This document shows positions 28,378 to 38,342 of a stretch of 58,636 nt of DNA, in pieces; position 1 is the first letter of the stretch; every line of letters starts with the position of its first letter. A program made the position numbers and the translations under genes. This DNA is from an uncultured virus (IMG/VR IMGVR_UViG_2061766007_000575) (lineage: Duplodnaviria > Heunggongvirae > Uroviricota > Caudoviricetes): the IMG/VR virus record IMGVR_UViG_2061766007_000575, one strand, 5' to 3'. The notes under the pieces are model-generated. The model saw only the letters and a list, made by a program, of their open reading frames with translations. It ran no database searches and was not told the origin of the DNA.

Positions 28378-29901
28378 ATGAGTTCAGTTTTAACCCTCAA
28401 CGGTGGAGTTTTAGTATCAAATGGAGTTGCCGTTTCACACGAAGGCGGCAGCTCTGCCAATATACAAGAAGATAAAACTTACACAGTATCAGCAAGTGGT
28501 AATCAAACCATTTCACCTGATAGTGGATACGATGCAATGGATGCTGTCGCGCTGAGTGTACCAGCGGGTTCTGCAGGGACTCCGTCCGCGACTAAAGGAA
28601 CTGTATCAAATCATGCAGTTTCAGTTACTCCTTCTGTTACAAATACTACTGGATGGATTACAGGTGAAATAAAAAGTGGCACAGCGGTTTCAGTTTCTGC
28701 AAGCGAGTTAGTAAGTGGAACTTATTCTGTTACTTCAAGTGGTACTAAAGATGTAACCAACTATGCAAGCGCATCTGTGCCAAGTGGCACAGCGACGGCG
28801 CCGGCTTCAATTTCTGGAACGTCAGCTTCAGTTTCAACTGGCACAAATACTTTAACCTTATCAAAAACAGTTTCGGTTACACCAAATGTTTCAACTGCTG
28901 GCTATATTTCAAGTGGCACAGCAGGCAATAGTTCAGTTAGCTTAACAGCAGATGTAAATATACAATCAGGTATGCTTTCGTCATATGCTCCATCAACTAC
29001 TGCACAAACTATTTCTGCAAATACTTATTTACCAAATACTGTTACGTTCTTACCTGTTACGACCACTAATTTAATTGCAGATAATATAAAAAAAGGTACT
29101 AATGTAAAAGTAGGATATTCAGCTAATGCTGGCTATATTGCAAATATAACCGGTACATATGAAGGTTCTGGCGGTACGACTACCCTTAAAATGGGCGTTG
29201 TTCGTCCTGATGCAGAACTCTTGCAAACTTGGAGTGCTGACTATTTGCTTCATGCTGATAAAAATATCACAATTCCGTCATATTCTACGACTGCTACGAC
29301 ACTGCTTACTGGTGGTACAGCTCTTACGCCAACGGTAACATTGTCAAACGCCAACTATAGATATTATTTACTTCAAAGATTTTTGACGATTCCACAATAT
29401 AGTATTACCACACTTGCTAAAGGTCGTCAGGAATATACCGCGATGTCAATGTGCTATGAAATCGTCGCTTACCCGGCCAATACTTTTTCCGCGTTAATTA
29501 ATACGACAAAATATGCGTCTAGAAATACTGCGATGATACCTGCTGGTAACGCATTTGTAAGAAACATTTATTGGAGTTCCGCTTCAGCACTTAGTGTTTA
29601 TACGGCAAATACGTATGGATGTGCCCAGACGATACAAACTGCCCCAGCAATTTCTTCGGGTACAGCGGCGTCTCCTACACTAACCGTTTATACTCCAAAT
29701 GCAACTATTCGTGGAAGCACTACGTATTTAGTTAACACATTTTATAATGCAATTACAGATATTAGATGTCAGTACGTAATTGAGTTATATAGAGTACCCG
29801 CCAGCACGGCTTCTACCTATGGCATAGATGGCTGGGGACATTATACTCAGATGTTACATAATATTACTTGTGCTCAAAGTTCGACACATAAATTAAGTTA
29901 A
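28378..29901 (+). CDS. Fibre/adhesin protein
   Basis: MSSVLTLNG start; modules shared with 27640 and 30364 genes. Confidence 0.7.
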   Translation: MSSVLTLNGGVLVSNGVAVSHEGGSSANIQEDKTYTVSASGNQTISPDSGYDAMDAVALSVPAGSAGTPSATKGTVSNHAVSVTPSVTNTTGWITGEIKSGTAVSVSASELVSGTYSVTSSGTKDVTNYASASVPSGTATAPASISGTSASVSTGTNTLTLSKTVSVTPNVSTAGYISSGTAGNSSVSLTADVNIQSGMLSSYAPSTTAQTISANTYLPNTVTFLPVTTTNLIADNIKKGTNVKVGYSANAGYIANITGTYEGSGGTTTLKMGVVRPDAELLQTWSADYLLHADKNITIPSYSTTATTLLTGGTALTPTVTLSNANYRYYLLQRFLTIPQYSITTLAKGRQEYTAMSMCYEIVAYPANTFSALINTTKYASRNTAMIPAGNAFVRNIYWSSASALSVYTANTYGCAQTIQTAPAISSGTAASPTLTVYTPNATIRGSTTYLVNTFYNAITDIRCQYVIELYRVPASTASTYGIDGWGHYTQMLHNITCAQSSTHKLS

Positions 29902-29913
29902 TGGAGGACAAAG

Positions 29914-30141
29914 ATGATAGTAGAACAAATAATAGATGAAAATACTGTCCTTCATTTTTCTGATCAAGAGATGAAAATCCGACAAATTGAAACTGGATTT
30001 TTATTTGATGAAGCTGGAGACTTCATCCCTTGTGAATATACTTATGAAGAGACAAATATTCCTATTGATATTCCTCAACCCGAAGAAGAAGAAATAGATT
30101 TTGAAGAAGCATTAAATATAATAATGGGAATAGGAGGTTAA
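29914..30141 (+). CDS. Small acidic protein, putative fibre chaperone
   Basis: Paralog of next gene (H.SD...KIRQIETG.L.DEA.D..PC.YTYEE). Confidence 0.6.
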   Translation: MIVEQIIDENTVLHFSDQEMKIRQIETGFLFDEAGDFIPCEYTYEETNIPIDIPQPEEEEIDFEEALNIIMGIGG

Positions 30142-30144
30142 AAA

Positions 30145-30360
30145 ATGGCAATCAAAACACAACAAATTAGCGAAACTCAAATTCGTCATTATTCTGATGA
30201 AAATTTTAAAATAAGGCAGATAGAAACAGGAATTCTTTATGATGAGGCAGTAGATGTAGTTCCTTGTAGATATACTTATGAAGAATCTAGCGAACCTATT
30301 GAAGATTATGAATTAACTTCTGATGAAGCTTTGGAGATAATAATTGGACAGGAGGCATAA
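30145..30360 (+). CDS. Small acidic protein, putative fibre chaperone
   Basis: Paralog of previous gene. Confidence 0.6.
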   Translation: MAIKTQQISETQIRHYSDENFKIRQIETGILYDEAVDVVPCRYTYEESSEPIEDYELTSDEALEIIIGQEA

Positions 30361-30363
30361 TAA

Positions 30364-31623
30364 ATGGCTTCTATTGTAAAGGTAATACAAAATAATGTAG
30401 AAAAAATTGTTACAGTAGATGGGCAAATACTCCAAGCGCCTGCTGGAGCCGGTGATTCAGCTATTTATAATTCTCCATTAGCTACCAAAGGGTCTGTATC
30501 TAGTCATAGTATTAATATTACTCCTTCTTTTACAGTAACTTCTGCAGGTAATATTAATACTGGAACAATAACTGGCACACCAGTTACAGTTCAGGCTAGT
30601 GAACTAGTTAGTGGAACTAAATCTATCAGCTCTAATGGAACTAATATTGATGTAACTGACTACTCTATGGTAGATGTTAATGTTCCAACAAGTGGTGGTA
30701 ATATCCAAACCAGCAAATCCTATACTGTCTCAAATTCTGGCGCGCAAACAATTAATCCAGATTCTGGGTATGACGGAATGGCAGAAGTAAATTTAAGTGT
30801 CCCAGCTGGAGTAGCAACATCCGCTTCTTCTATTACTGCTTCATCCGCAACAATATCAACTGGAACAAATACGATTACATTAAGTAAATCAGTTTCAAAT
30901 ACTCCACGAATTACTACTGCTGGTTATATTTCTAGTGGAACAGCTGGCAACTCTTCAATTTCTCTTTCAGCTTCAGTTACGACAAAAGCCGCAGCAACTA
31001 TAACTCCTGGAACGACAAATCAAACAATTTCAAGTGGAACTTATTTAACTGGTATGCAAACAATTAGTGGAGATGCAAATTTAATTGCAAGCAATATAAA
31101 AAATGGAGTTCCAATTTTTGGAGTAACTGGAAATTATACAGGAACAGGAACAGGATGGACACTTTTAGATTATAAAGATCTTACTGCTAATGTAACTAGT
31201 ACAGACGCAATAGTACTCGAATCTTTTGAAAATATTTCTAATTTTTCATGGACTTCCGAAAAAATATTTTGGGTAAAGATTCGAGATAAGGCAGGCCCGA
31301 GAAATGGATATTTTACAGGTTCTGATGCTATATATATATTACATGAGCCTCTTGAAGGAACGATTCATTATACCACAAAAGTAATAGGGTATTGTTATAG
31401 TAAAAATAGTAGTGGTACCATTATTAAAGATTCTTATAATAGTACAACAACTGGTTATGGTGTATATCCTACTCTTTTATATGATTCTAGTAAAGTTGGA
31501 ATTTCAGGAAGATATAATAGTGCTCATTCATTTACCATAAATGGAACTTATCGAATAGAAGTGTATTCTCTTGATTACCCTCCAAATCAAGGTAATCCTT
31601 TTAATTATTCTGCTTTTAATTAA
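30364..31623 (+). CDS. Fibre/adhesin protein
   Basis: Shares STGTNT.TLSK.VS.TP...TAGYISSGTAGNSS module with 28378 gene. Confidence 0.7.
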   Translation: MASIVKVIQNNVEKIVTVDGQILQAPAGAGDSAIYNSPLATKGSVSSHSINITPSFTVTSAGNINTGTITGTPVTVQASELVSGTKSISSNGTNIDVTDYSMVDVNVPTSGGNIQTSKSYTVSNSGAQTINPDSGYDGMAEVNLSVPAGVATSASSITASSATISTGTNTITLSKSVSNTPRITTAGYISSGTAGNSSISLSASVTTKAAATITPGTTNQTISSGTYLTGMQTISGDANLIASNIKNGVPIFGVTGNYTGTGTGWTLLDYKDLTANVTSTDAIVLESFENISNFSWTSEKIFWVKIRDKAGPRNGYFTGSDAIYILHEPLEGTIHYTTKVIGYCYSKNSSGTIIKDSYNSTTTGYGVYPTLLYDSSKVGISGRYNSAHSFTINGTYRIEVYSLDYPPNQGNPFNYSAFN

Positions 31624-31970
31624 GGAGGTCTTCAAATGAAAGAAAAAGTCATAACCGAAAAAGAATTCCAGAAACTTCAAAAAGAAGGAAAGCTTCCTTC
31701 TTCTATTAACGAAGAATTTTCTAACAATAAAGGAGAAGATGAATAATGGCATTTACAAACAGTCCTTTAGTAGATTTTACTCGTTATAGTCCTAACAACT
31801 CCGGCCAGCGCAACCACAACATAGATACAATCTCCATCCATTGCATGGCTGGAAATCTCTCTGTCGAGAGNNNNNNNNNNTGAAAAAGAATTTCAGAAAC
31901 TTCAAGAAGAAGGAAAACTTCCTCCTTCTATCAATGAAGAACTTTCTAACAATAAAGGAGAAGATGAATA

Positions 31971-32765
31971 ATGGCATTTACAAATAGTCCTTTAGTAGAT
32001 TTTACTCGCTATAGTCCTAACAACTCCGGCCGGCGCAACCACAATATAGATACAATCTCCATCCATTGCATGGCTGGAAATCTCTCTGTCGAGAGCTGTG
32101 GCGCCTTGTTCGCAGATCCAGATCGCGAAGCTTCTTCAAACTACGGCATTGGTTCAGACGGCCGCATTGGCCTCTATGTTGATGAAGCTAATCGTTCTTG
32201 GTGTACTTCATCTTCTTCCAATGATAATCGCGCCGTAACGATTGAGGTTGCTAATATTGAAACAAAAGAACCCTACCGTATTACAGAGAAAGCATGGGAT
32301 TCTTTAATAGCTCTTTGCGCTGACATCTGCAAGCGCAATGGTATTAAGAAACTTCTTTGGCAAGCTGATCCCGATTTAATTGGTCAGGTTGACAAACAAA
32401 ATATGACAGTTCATAGATGGTTCGCAAATAAATCCTGTCCTGGTAATTGGCTTTATGCTAATCAAGGTCGCATTGCTGATGAAGTAAATGAACTTTTAGA
32501 GGAGGGAGAAGAAGAAATGACACAAGAACAATTCAATGAAATGTTTAAAGTTGCTATGGCTTCTTATCGTAAAAGTCTTCAAGACAATGATGCTAGCGGC
32601 TGGTCTAAAGATGCGCGGGAATGGGCTGTTAACTCCGGCTTAATTCAAGGTGGCAATCCATTACCAAGCGGCTTACCGAACTTTATGTGGGAAGATTTAT
32701 TAACTAGAGAACAAATGGCTACCTTACTTTATCGTTTTAAAAATTTAGAGAATCTTCCTAAATGA
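31971..32765 (+). CDS. Endolysin: N-acetylmuramoyl-L-alanine amidase (Amidase_2) with SLH-like C-terminus
   Basis: ISIHCMAG, ASSNYGIG, VTIEVAN, VHRWFANKSCPG; WS..A..WA...GLI.G...LTREQMAT.LYR. Confidence 0.9.
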   Translation: MAFTNSPLVDFTRYSPNNSGRRNHNIDTISIHCMAGNLSVESCGALFADPDREASSNYGIGSDGRIGLYVDEANRSWCTSSSSNDNRAVTIEVANIETKEPYRITEKAWDSLIALCADICKRNGIKKLLWQADPDLIGQVDKQNMTVHRWFANKSCPGNWLYANQGRIADEVNELLEEGEEEMTQEQFNEMFKVAMASYRKSLQDNDASGWSKDAREWAVNSGLIQGGNPLPSGLPNFMWEDLLTREQMATLLYRFKNLENLPK

Positions 32766-33079
32766 AAGTAAAAAAAGAAAAGAAAAAAATTGACCATTCA
32801 AAGAAGCTGACTAATGATATAAGGTCACTTCTTTGGTTAGTCACAATTGGCGGAATCGCTTTAGCCTTTTATTGCATTTATAAAGGCTATAGCGGTTCTT
32901 TGCCGTGGATTGGCGCAATGGTAGGTTTACCATGGACAGCGCATGGTACTGTTTGTTCTTTTTATTTAAATATGGCTAAGTCAGACCACTCAGAAGGCGG
33001 CATTACCTATGAAGTTGCAAAAGCTAATGGATTTGCGGAAGAGCCAGAAGAAGAAAATTGGGAGAGTCCGGCAATTTAA
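32762..33079 (+). CDS. Two-TM membrane protein of lysis cassette
   Basis: Two hydrophobic segments; adjacent to endolysin. Confidence 0.65.
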   Translation: MKVKKEKKKIDHSKKLTNDIRSLLWLVTIGGIALAFYCIYKGYSGSLPWIGAMVGLPWTAHGTVCSFYLNMAKSDHSEGGITYEVAKANGFAEEPEEENWESPAI

Positions 33080-33091
33080 GGAGGAAACAAA

Positions 33092-33502
33092 ATGGATATG
33101 TTCTTACAAGTTATCATTCAATACGCGGCGGAAATTATAGCATTAATAGTAATTTCAGCTATCGGTATTTTAGGAACTTTTATTCTTAATAAGATTAACA
33201 AAAATCAGAATTTAAAGAATATTGGGGAAGCAACTTATCAAGTTATAGAAGCGGCGCAAGAGACAGTGCGGCGCCTTCAACAAACAATGGTTGAGGGTAT
33301 GAAAGAGCTGGCTGAAAATGGGAAGTTAAGTCCGGAGCAGATCGCGCAGCTTAAAGAGGAAACTCTTCGTATTACACTTGAGAATTTAGGCTCACCAATT
33401 TTAGATTTATTACTAGCAGCGAAAGTTGATGTAGCTGGTCTGATTACTAATGCAGCAGAAGCTTATATCCATGAAATGAAGAATGGGCTGGCCGCCGAAT
33501 AA
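33092..33502 (+). CDS. Holin (LL-H-like)
   Basis: N-terminal TM, V..A.Q..V..L.QT.V..K...GKL pattern; terminator follows (~33515-33548). Confidence 0.65.
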   Translation: MDMFLQVIIQYAAEIIALIVISAIGILGTFILNKINKNQNLKNIGEATYQVIEAAQETVRRLQQTMVEGMKELAENGKLSPEQIAQLKEETLRITLENLGSPILDLLLAAKVDVAGLITNAAEAYIHEMKNGLAAE

Positions 33503-33615
33503 GTAAAAATATAGGGAGAGAGGGGATAAAAACCCCTCTCTTTTTTTTATAAAGAATTTGAAATTTTTCAGAATTTTTGTTATAATATATATAGAATAAG
33601 AGAAGGAGTAAAATT

Positions 33616-33846
33616 ATGAAGTATCCTACTATTGCTAAAGTTACTTATTTTGATGACTTTGATGAGAAGTCAAGAACTAAACAGATTTTTCTGTATTCAG
33701 AAGGCGCGAAAGACGCTGTTGATCAGATCTGTGACTGGTTTGGCGAAGATGCGATTGAAGCTTTTTCTATTAAGATGTTTGAAGACGGACTGATTGAAGT
33801 CGATGATGCTTTTGTTGAGAATCTGGAAAGAGGTATTATTAAATGA
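33616..33846 (+). CDS. Small acidic protein (family with 35778 and 36091 genes)
   Basis: Promoter + RBS; similar core pattern. Confidence 0.7.
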   Translation: MKYPTIAKVTYFDDFDEKSRTKQIFLYSEGAKDAVDQICDWFGEDAIEAFSIKMFEDGLIEVDDAFVENLERGIIK

Positions 33847-34100
33847 AGCTTAATGAAATCGTTTTTTCAAGAGGAAAAGATGAAACTAAAGAAGAACTCT
33901 TTCAGCGTGTAGGTGAACAGCTGAAGCTTCTTCTTGAAGCGGGGTATCTCGCAGTTGTTCGATATGATGAACCGGGACTTGGTATAGTCGCGATTGATTT
34001 TGAACACGATGATACTTTTGAAAGTTGGGGTTGTGTTCAGCCGATGTGGGTAACTCCAGAAGAAGCAGAAGAGATTCTTGACATGAGGGAAAGAGAATGA
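33843..34100 (+). CDS. Hypothetical protein
   Basis: Coupled ORF. Confidence 0.7.
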   Translation: MKLNEIVFSRGKDETKEELFQRVGEQLKLLLEAGYLAVVRYDEPGLGIVAIDFEHDDTFESWGCVQPMWVTPEEAEEILDMRERE

Positions 34101-34276
34101 AGAGTAAAAGTGAAGTAAAACCTGGTGACATCATTCACATTTACCAGATGATTGGCGAGCCGCAGTATTCTGGTAAGGAAGGTGTGGTTCGCTCGATTGA
34201 TGCCATCGGGCAGATTCATGGAAGTTGGGGCGGTTTAGCCCTGCAGTACGATGATGACTGGGAAATCATCGGTTAA
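34097..34276 (+). CDS. DUF4314-like small protein (59 aa)
   Basis: VKPGDII.I..M....YSG.EG.V..IDAIGQIHGSWGGLAL...DD. Confidence 0.7.
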   Translation: MKSKSEVKPGDIIHIYQMIGEPQYSGKEGVVRSIDAIGQIHGSWGGLALQYDDDWEIIG

Positions 34277-34392
34277 TACGGCGCGATTGATGCCCAAGTT
34301 TGTGCGCGAGGGTCGTGTTTGTAAATACACGAGCAACCGGCGCGCAGGATACATACGACATAAAAATATTATTGACACAAAGGAGCCTTAAA

Positions 34393-34752
34393 ATGGGGTA
34401 TTATACAAGTTATAATCTTTCCGTAGTAAACGAAACTAGTTTTACTGAAAATCAGCTCAAGGAAGTTTCTAGTAAACTTGCTCGTCGCCTTGATGAAGAT
34501 GATGAATATCTTTTCCAGAAGAATATTCTTAATCCTTTTGAATGGATCAGCTATGACACCCGCAAGTGGTATGAACACGAAGAGGATATGATGCAACTCT
34601 CTCGTGAATACCCCGACATGATTTTCCTGCTTGAAGGTTGGGGAGAAGAGTGTGATGATGTCTGGCGCAAATACTTTAAAGATGGAAAAATAAAAATCTG
34701 TAATCGGCATTATTTTTGGGATGAAGCTCCCGAATGGGCACTAAGAGGTTAA
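34393..34752 (+). CDS. Hypothetical protein
   Basis: AGGAG RBS; MGYYTSY...KWYEHEEDM..LS..YP...F.L.G.GEE. Confidence 0.75.
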   Translation: MGYYTSYNLSVVNETSFTENQLKEVSSKLARRLDEDDEYLFQKNILNPFEWISYDTRKWYEHEEDMMQLSREYPDMIFLLEGWGEECDDVWRKYFKDGKIKICNRHYFWDEAPEWALRG

Positions 34753-35013
34753 AATGAAGAAAAGTTTTTACAGCGATTGGGACGATGGATGCTATTGCAA
34801 GAGCTGTGGCAAAGAGATAACAACCTACGAAGAGCTTAAAAACGGCGTTTGTAGCGATTGTATGAGAAAGAAGCAAAATGATAANNNNNNNNNNGGGTTG
34901 GGGAGAAGAGTGCGATGATGTCTGGCGCAAATACTTTAAAGATGGAAAAATGAAAATCTGTAATCGGCACTATTTTTGGGATGAAGCTCCCGAATGGGCA
35001 CTAAGAGGTTAAA

Positions 35014-35211
35014 ATGAAGAAAAGTTTTTATAGCGATTGGGACGATGGATGCTACTGCAAGAGCTGTGGCAAAGAGATAACAACCTACGAAGAACTTAAA
35101 AACGGCGTTTGTAGCGATTGTATGAGAAAGAAGCAAAATGATAAGCACCGGCGCTATGTACGTCGGAGAGGTAAGACAGATAAAGACTATATTGAAGAGA
35201 TTGGAGAATAA
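35014..35211 (+). CDS. Small Zn-finger protein
   Basis: CKSCG...CSDC. Confidence 0.65.
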   Translation: MKKSFYSDWDDGCYCKSCGKEITTYEELKNGVCSDCMRKKQNDKHRRYVRRRGKTDKDYIEEIGE

Positions 35212-35212
35212 A

Positions 35213-35785
35213 ATGAATTATTACGCAGTAATTTTTGAAGGAACCCCGTATCGTGAATATGTTTATAAATCAATTTTTGATCTGCCGCTTGGTGCAAAAG
35301 GAAAAATAACTGCTGATGGTGAGACCACTTATCATAATCAGGTAACAATAGCTCGAAAACTCAGCACACAGGAAGGTCACCAGATCTTTGCGAAGCTTGG
35401 TGGTCTTAGAGAGATAACTAGCTTTCAGGTAACACATGGCGCGCCGAAGCCGAACGACCGCATTAAGAANNNNNNNNNNAGTCGAAAACTCAGCGCGCAG
35501 GAAGGTCATCAGATCTTTGCGAAGCTTGGTAGTCTTAGAGAGATAACAAGCTTTCAGGTAACACATGGCGCGCCGAAGCCGAACGACCGCATTAAGAATG
35601 TGTACTTCAATAAGGAAAAAGGTACGACTTGTGTTCTTTGGGACGACGGCAAGAAAACGATTGTTCATTGCCAGCCTGGCGATACTTGGGACAAGGAAAA
35701 GGGTCTGGCGCTGTGTTATATGAAGAGGGTTCTGGGAAACAGAGGTAGTTTTAATGAAGCCCTCAAGAGGTATTGCGATGAATGA
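35213..35785 (+). CDS. Hypothetical protein (apparent internal repeat is a gap artefact)
   Basis: KGTTCVLWDDGKKTIVHCQPGD.WDKEKGLA.C..K. Confidence 0.7.
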   Translation: MNYYAVIFEGTPYREYVYKSIFDLPLGAKGKITADGETTYHNQVTIARKLSTQEGHQIFAKLGGLREITSFQVTHGAPKPNDRIKXXXXSRKLSAQEGHQIFAKLGSLREITSFQVTHGAPKPNDRIKNVYFNKEKGTTCVLWDDGKKTIVHCQPGDTWDKEKGLALCYMKRVLGNRGSFNEALKRYCDE

Positions 35786-35999
35786 TCTAAGATTTTTTGA
35801 GTGCCAAGTAGTAACTGAAATGGATAGTATTGGCAATCTTGAAACTATTAATCTTATAACGGCTGGCGCCAACTATGCAGAAGCAGCTGCGCGCATTGAA
35901 AAACATTATGGAGACAGCCTTGTCTCTTTTCGAATTCAAGACTGTCTTATTTTTGACTGTTATGAGACTGGCGATTGTATAGAGTTTCATTTTGAATAA
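35778..35999 (+). CDS. Small acidic protein
   Basis: GANYAEAAARIEKHYGDSLVSF, paralog of 36091 gene. Confidence 0.7.
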   Translation: MNDLRFFECQVVTEMDSIGNLETINLITAGANYAEAAARIEKHYGDSLVSFRIQDCLIFDCYETGDCIEFHFE

Positions 36000-36090
36000 A
36001 AGAAAGAAAGGCAAATTAGAGAAATCTAATTTGCTTTTTTTTCAAATTTTTGTTATAATATATATAGAATAAAAAAGGAGGTTTCTTGTA

Positions 36091-36318
36091 ATGAAGTGCT
36101 TTGAATGCTATGTAGAGTGGGATTATGAAAATACTATCAGAACCGATCGAGTGGTAACTTTCGGTGAGAACTATGCAGAGGCTGCTTCTCATCTTGAAGA
36201 GGACTACGGGAATGACCTTGTTAGTTTCTCTATCATGGAATTTGAAGGCTGTTCCACCTATGTCTTCGATGAGCAGGAGAGCTTTAAGTGGGAGCCGGCA
36301 CATTACAAGGAGAAATAA
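36091..36318 (+). CDS. Small acidic protein
   Basis: GENYAEAASHLEEDYGNDLVSF; own promoter and AGGAGG. Confidence 0.75.
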   Translation: MKCFECYVEWDYENTIRTDRVVTFGENYAEAASHLEEDYGNDLVSFSIMEFEGCSTYVFDEQESFKWEPAHYKEK

Positions 36319-36319
36319 A

Positions 36320-36661
36320 ATGTTTGAAAATGAACTTGATAAACTGCGCGCGATGCTAGATGAAGCAGAGATTCCTTATGACTCAATTCAAAAAGAATGG
36401 CATGAAGATATAAAGAAAATTTTCCCTGACTATTATGAGGGGAATAATAGGTTTGTGAAGAATCAGGTTATCTACGGGGCGGCGCCGGATGTGTCCAGCT
36501 GGAAACTGGATGGAATCTGTCAGATGGGCAGCTACGGCGCGAGTGAAGGTCTGATTGAAACTTATGGACCTTTGGGAACTGATGCGGAAGGTGACCCGCT
36601 TGTACTGCGCGCAGAGGATGTTTTCCAGATTATTAAGGAAGATTGGGAGAACAGAAAATGA
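36320..36661 (+). CDS. Hypothetical protein
   Basis: AAGGAG RBS; GSYGASEGLIETYG. Confidence 0.75.
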   Translation: MFENELDKLRAMLDEAEIPYDSIQKEWHEDIKKIFPDYYEGNNRFVKNQVIYGAAPDVSSWKLDGICQMGSYGASEGLIETYGPLGTDAEGDPLVLRAEDVFQIIKEDWENRK

Positions 36662-36796
36662 CAGCTTGGGAAAGAGTTTTAAATCTATACTTCATTCTAA
36701 TTCATTTGAGCGTTGCAGCCGTTTTGGTGGGTCTGGCGCTGGAGATGTGGAAGGCTTGGATTGAGGATAAGAGAGAAAAGAAAAAGGAGAAAGACG

Positions 36797-36970
36797 ATGA
36801 CTAACGCCGACCGCATCAGAGCTGTGACAGATGAAGAATTAGCAGAATGGGAATGTGACCGTTCTTGTATGCTTTGCCCGATTAAAGGCTGCGAAGGACG
36901 AATGGAAGAAGGTCGAGAAAAATGCAAGCAACATTGGCTCGATTGGCTTAAACAGGAGGTAGACGAGTGA
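36797..36970 (+). CDS. Small Cys-containing protein (MTNADRIR module)
   Basis: Shares MTNADRIR..TDEELA...WLK.EVD with next gene. Confidence 0.7.
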   Translation: MTNADRIRAVTDEELAEWECDRSCMLCPIKGCEGRMEEGREKCKQHWLDWLKQEVDE

Positions 36971-37251
36971 TGGCTGATTGCAACAAATGTGCCAATAAAA
37001 AGTTGCCGTCATACTCCGCAACTTGTGTTGAATGCGGGTTGGTGAGAAAGGGTTTTAAACCTATGACTAATGCAGACCGCATTAGAACCATGACGGATGA
37101 AGAATTGGCAGATTTTATCCTAAAACGAGATATTGGAATTGTGGATAGGTTGTCACAATTGCAAGTGTTTATATACAATTTTGATGTAGAAAAAGGGAAA
37201 AAAGATTTACTTGCTTGGCTCAAACGGGAGGTAGACGATGAGACTAATTGA
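36970..37251 (+). CDS. Small protein (Zn finger + MTNADRIR module)
   Basis: CNKC..CVEC; shared module. Confidence 0.7.
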   Translation: MADCNKCANKKLPSYSATCVECGLVRKGFKPMTNADRIRTMTDEELADFILKRDIGIVDRLSQLQVFIYNFDVEKGKKDLLAWLKREVDDETN

Positions 37252-37495
37252 TGCTGACGAAATAAAACTTCTACAAGGCTTTTTTGAGAAAATTGATAAT
37301 GTGCCGAAGTTTTACGAATGGCTTGACGAACAACCGACAGTAGATGCTGAACCTGTGAGACATGGGTATTGGATTAATGAACCCGATCGCTACTTTCACT
37401 GGCACTGTAGTGAATGTGGATATGTGATCAGCGGGCCGCACAGAGAATTTAATTACTGCCCTAAATGTGGAACGAAAATGCATGGTGATAAATGA
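37238..37495 (+). CDS. Phage Zn-ribbon protein
   Basis: MRLIDAD...PTVDAEPVRHG.W...CSECG...YCPKCG.KM. Confidence 0.8.
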   Translation: MRLIDADEIKLLQGFFEKIDNVPKFYEWLDEQPTVDAEPVRHGYWINEPDRYFHWHCSECGYVISGPHREFNYCPKCGTKMHGDK

Positions 37496-37851
37496 TGGCT
37501 AAACATAGAAAAACAACTTATTTTAAATATGCCGACGAATTAAAAAAAATTCTTTTACAAGATGATATTAAAATCTTAAAAGTATATGGTGATGATGACA
37601 CTTGTATTGAATATAAACGAGTTGTATATGGGTGTTGGGATGATACTATAACAGGTGAGGATGGACTTTATTGCTGTTCTGCTTGTAAAAATTTTGAAAC
37701 TGTTGATGGCGGTCTTAACTTCTGTCCTAATTGTGGAGCAGATATGAGGGATAGTGAACATATGGTAATTTGCTCGATATGTGATAAGGAAGCTTTTTTT
37801 GGGAAAACTGACCACTGCTCTAACTGCGGAGAAGACATTTGTCCCGAATAA
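37492..37851 (+). CDS. Zn-ribbon protein
   Basis: CSAC, FCPNCGADM, CSIC, CSNCG. Confidence 0.7.
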   Translation: MMAKHRKTTYFKYADELKKILLQDDIKILKVYGDDDTCIEYKRVVYGCWDDTITGEDGLYCCSACKNFETVDGGLNFCPNCGADMRDSEHMVICSICDKEAFFGKTDHCSNCGEDICPE

Positions 37852-37894
37852 TATACAAAATTAGGGACAAAATAATAGGGAAGAGGTATAATAG

Positions 37895-38197
37895 ATGAAC
37901 TTCTTTAAAATATATTACATACTTGGTTGTATTGTTCTAGCTGGAATAATAATCTACATAACTATCCGTGGAATTAAAAATCGAAAACTTCCTCTTTGTC
38001 TCAGCTGTAAATATCTCGCACAATATAGAGGTCCTCATTGGCGCTATACTTGTGAAAGAAAATGGTCCGGAAGCAGCTTTGATAAAGCCCCTAAATACTG
38101 CAAATTTTATGAACCCCTAATTCCAGAAAATAAAACTATAACAGTTGCTCCCGATGGATCAAAGACTATAATCATAACTCAGCGCGACCGCTATTAA
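37895..38197 (+). CDS. TM-anchored Cys-rich protein
   Basis: N-terminal TM, CLSCKY..C..C. Confidence 0.7.
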   Translation: MNFFKIYYILGCIVLAGIIIYITIRGIKNRKLPLCLSCKYLAQYRGPHWRYTCERKWSGSSFDKAPKYCKFYEPLIPENKTITVAPDGSKTIIITQRDRY

Positions 38198-38342
38198 AGA
38201 AATTTAAGGCAGTCGCGCCTTTTTCGTTTATCCTTCCTCCAAAAGAAACTTGAAAAATTCTGAGAAATTATATATAATATATATAGAAAATGAGAAAAAA
38301 AGTATACTTTTGAGCTTGTTGAGAAAGAAGCGGAGGGTAAAA

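Noticed and set aside
17792..31623. Diversity-generating retroelement acting on fibre genes
   Set aside because: No reverse transcriptase in the window and no TR/VR pair differing only at adenines was seen
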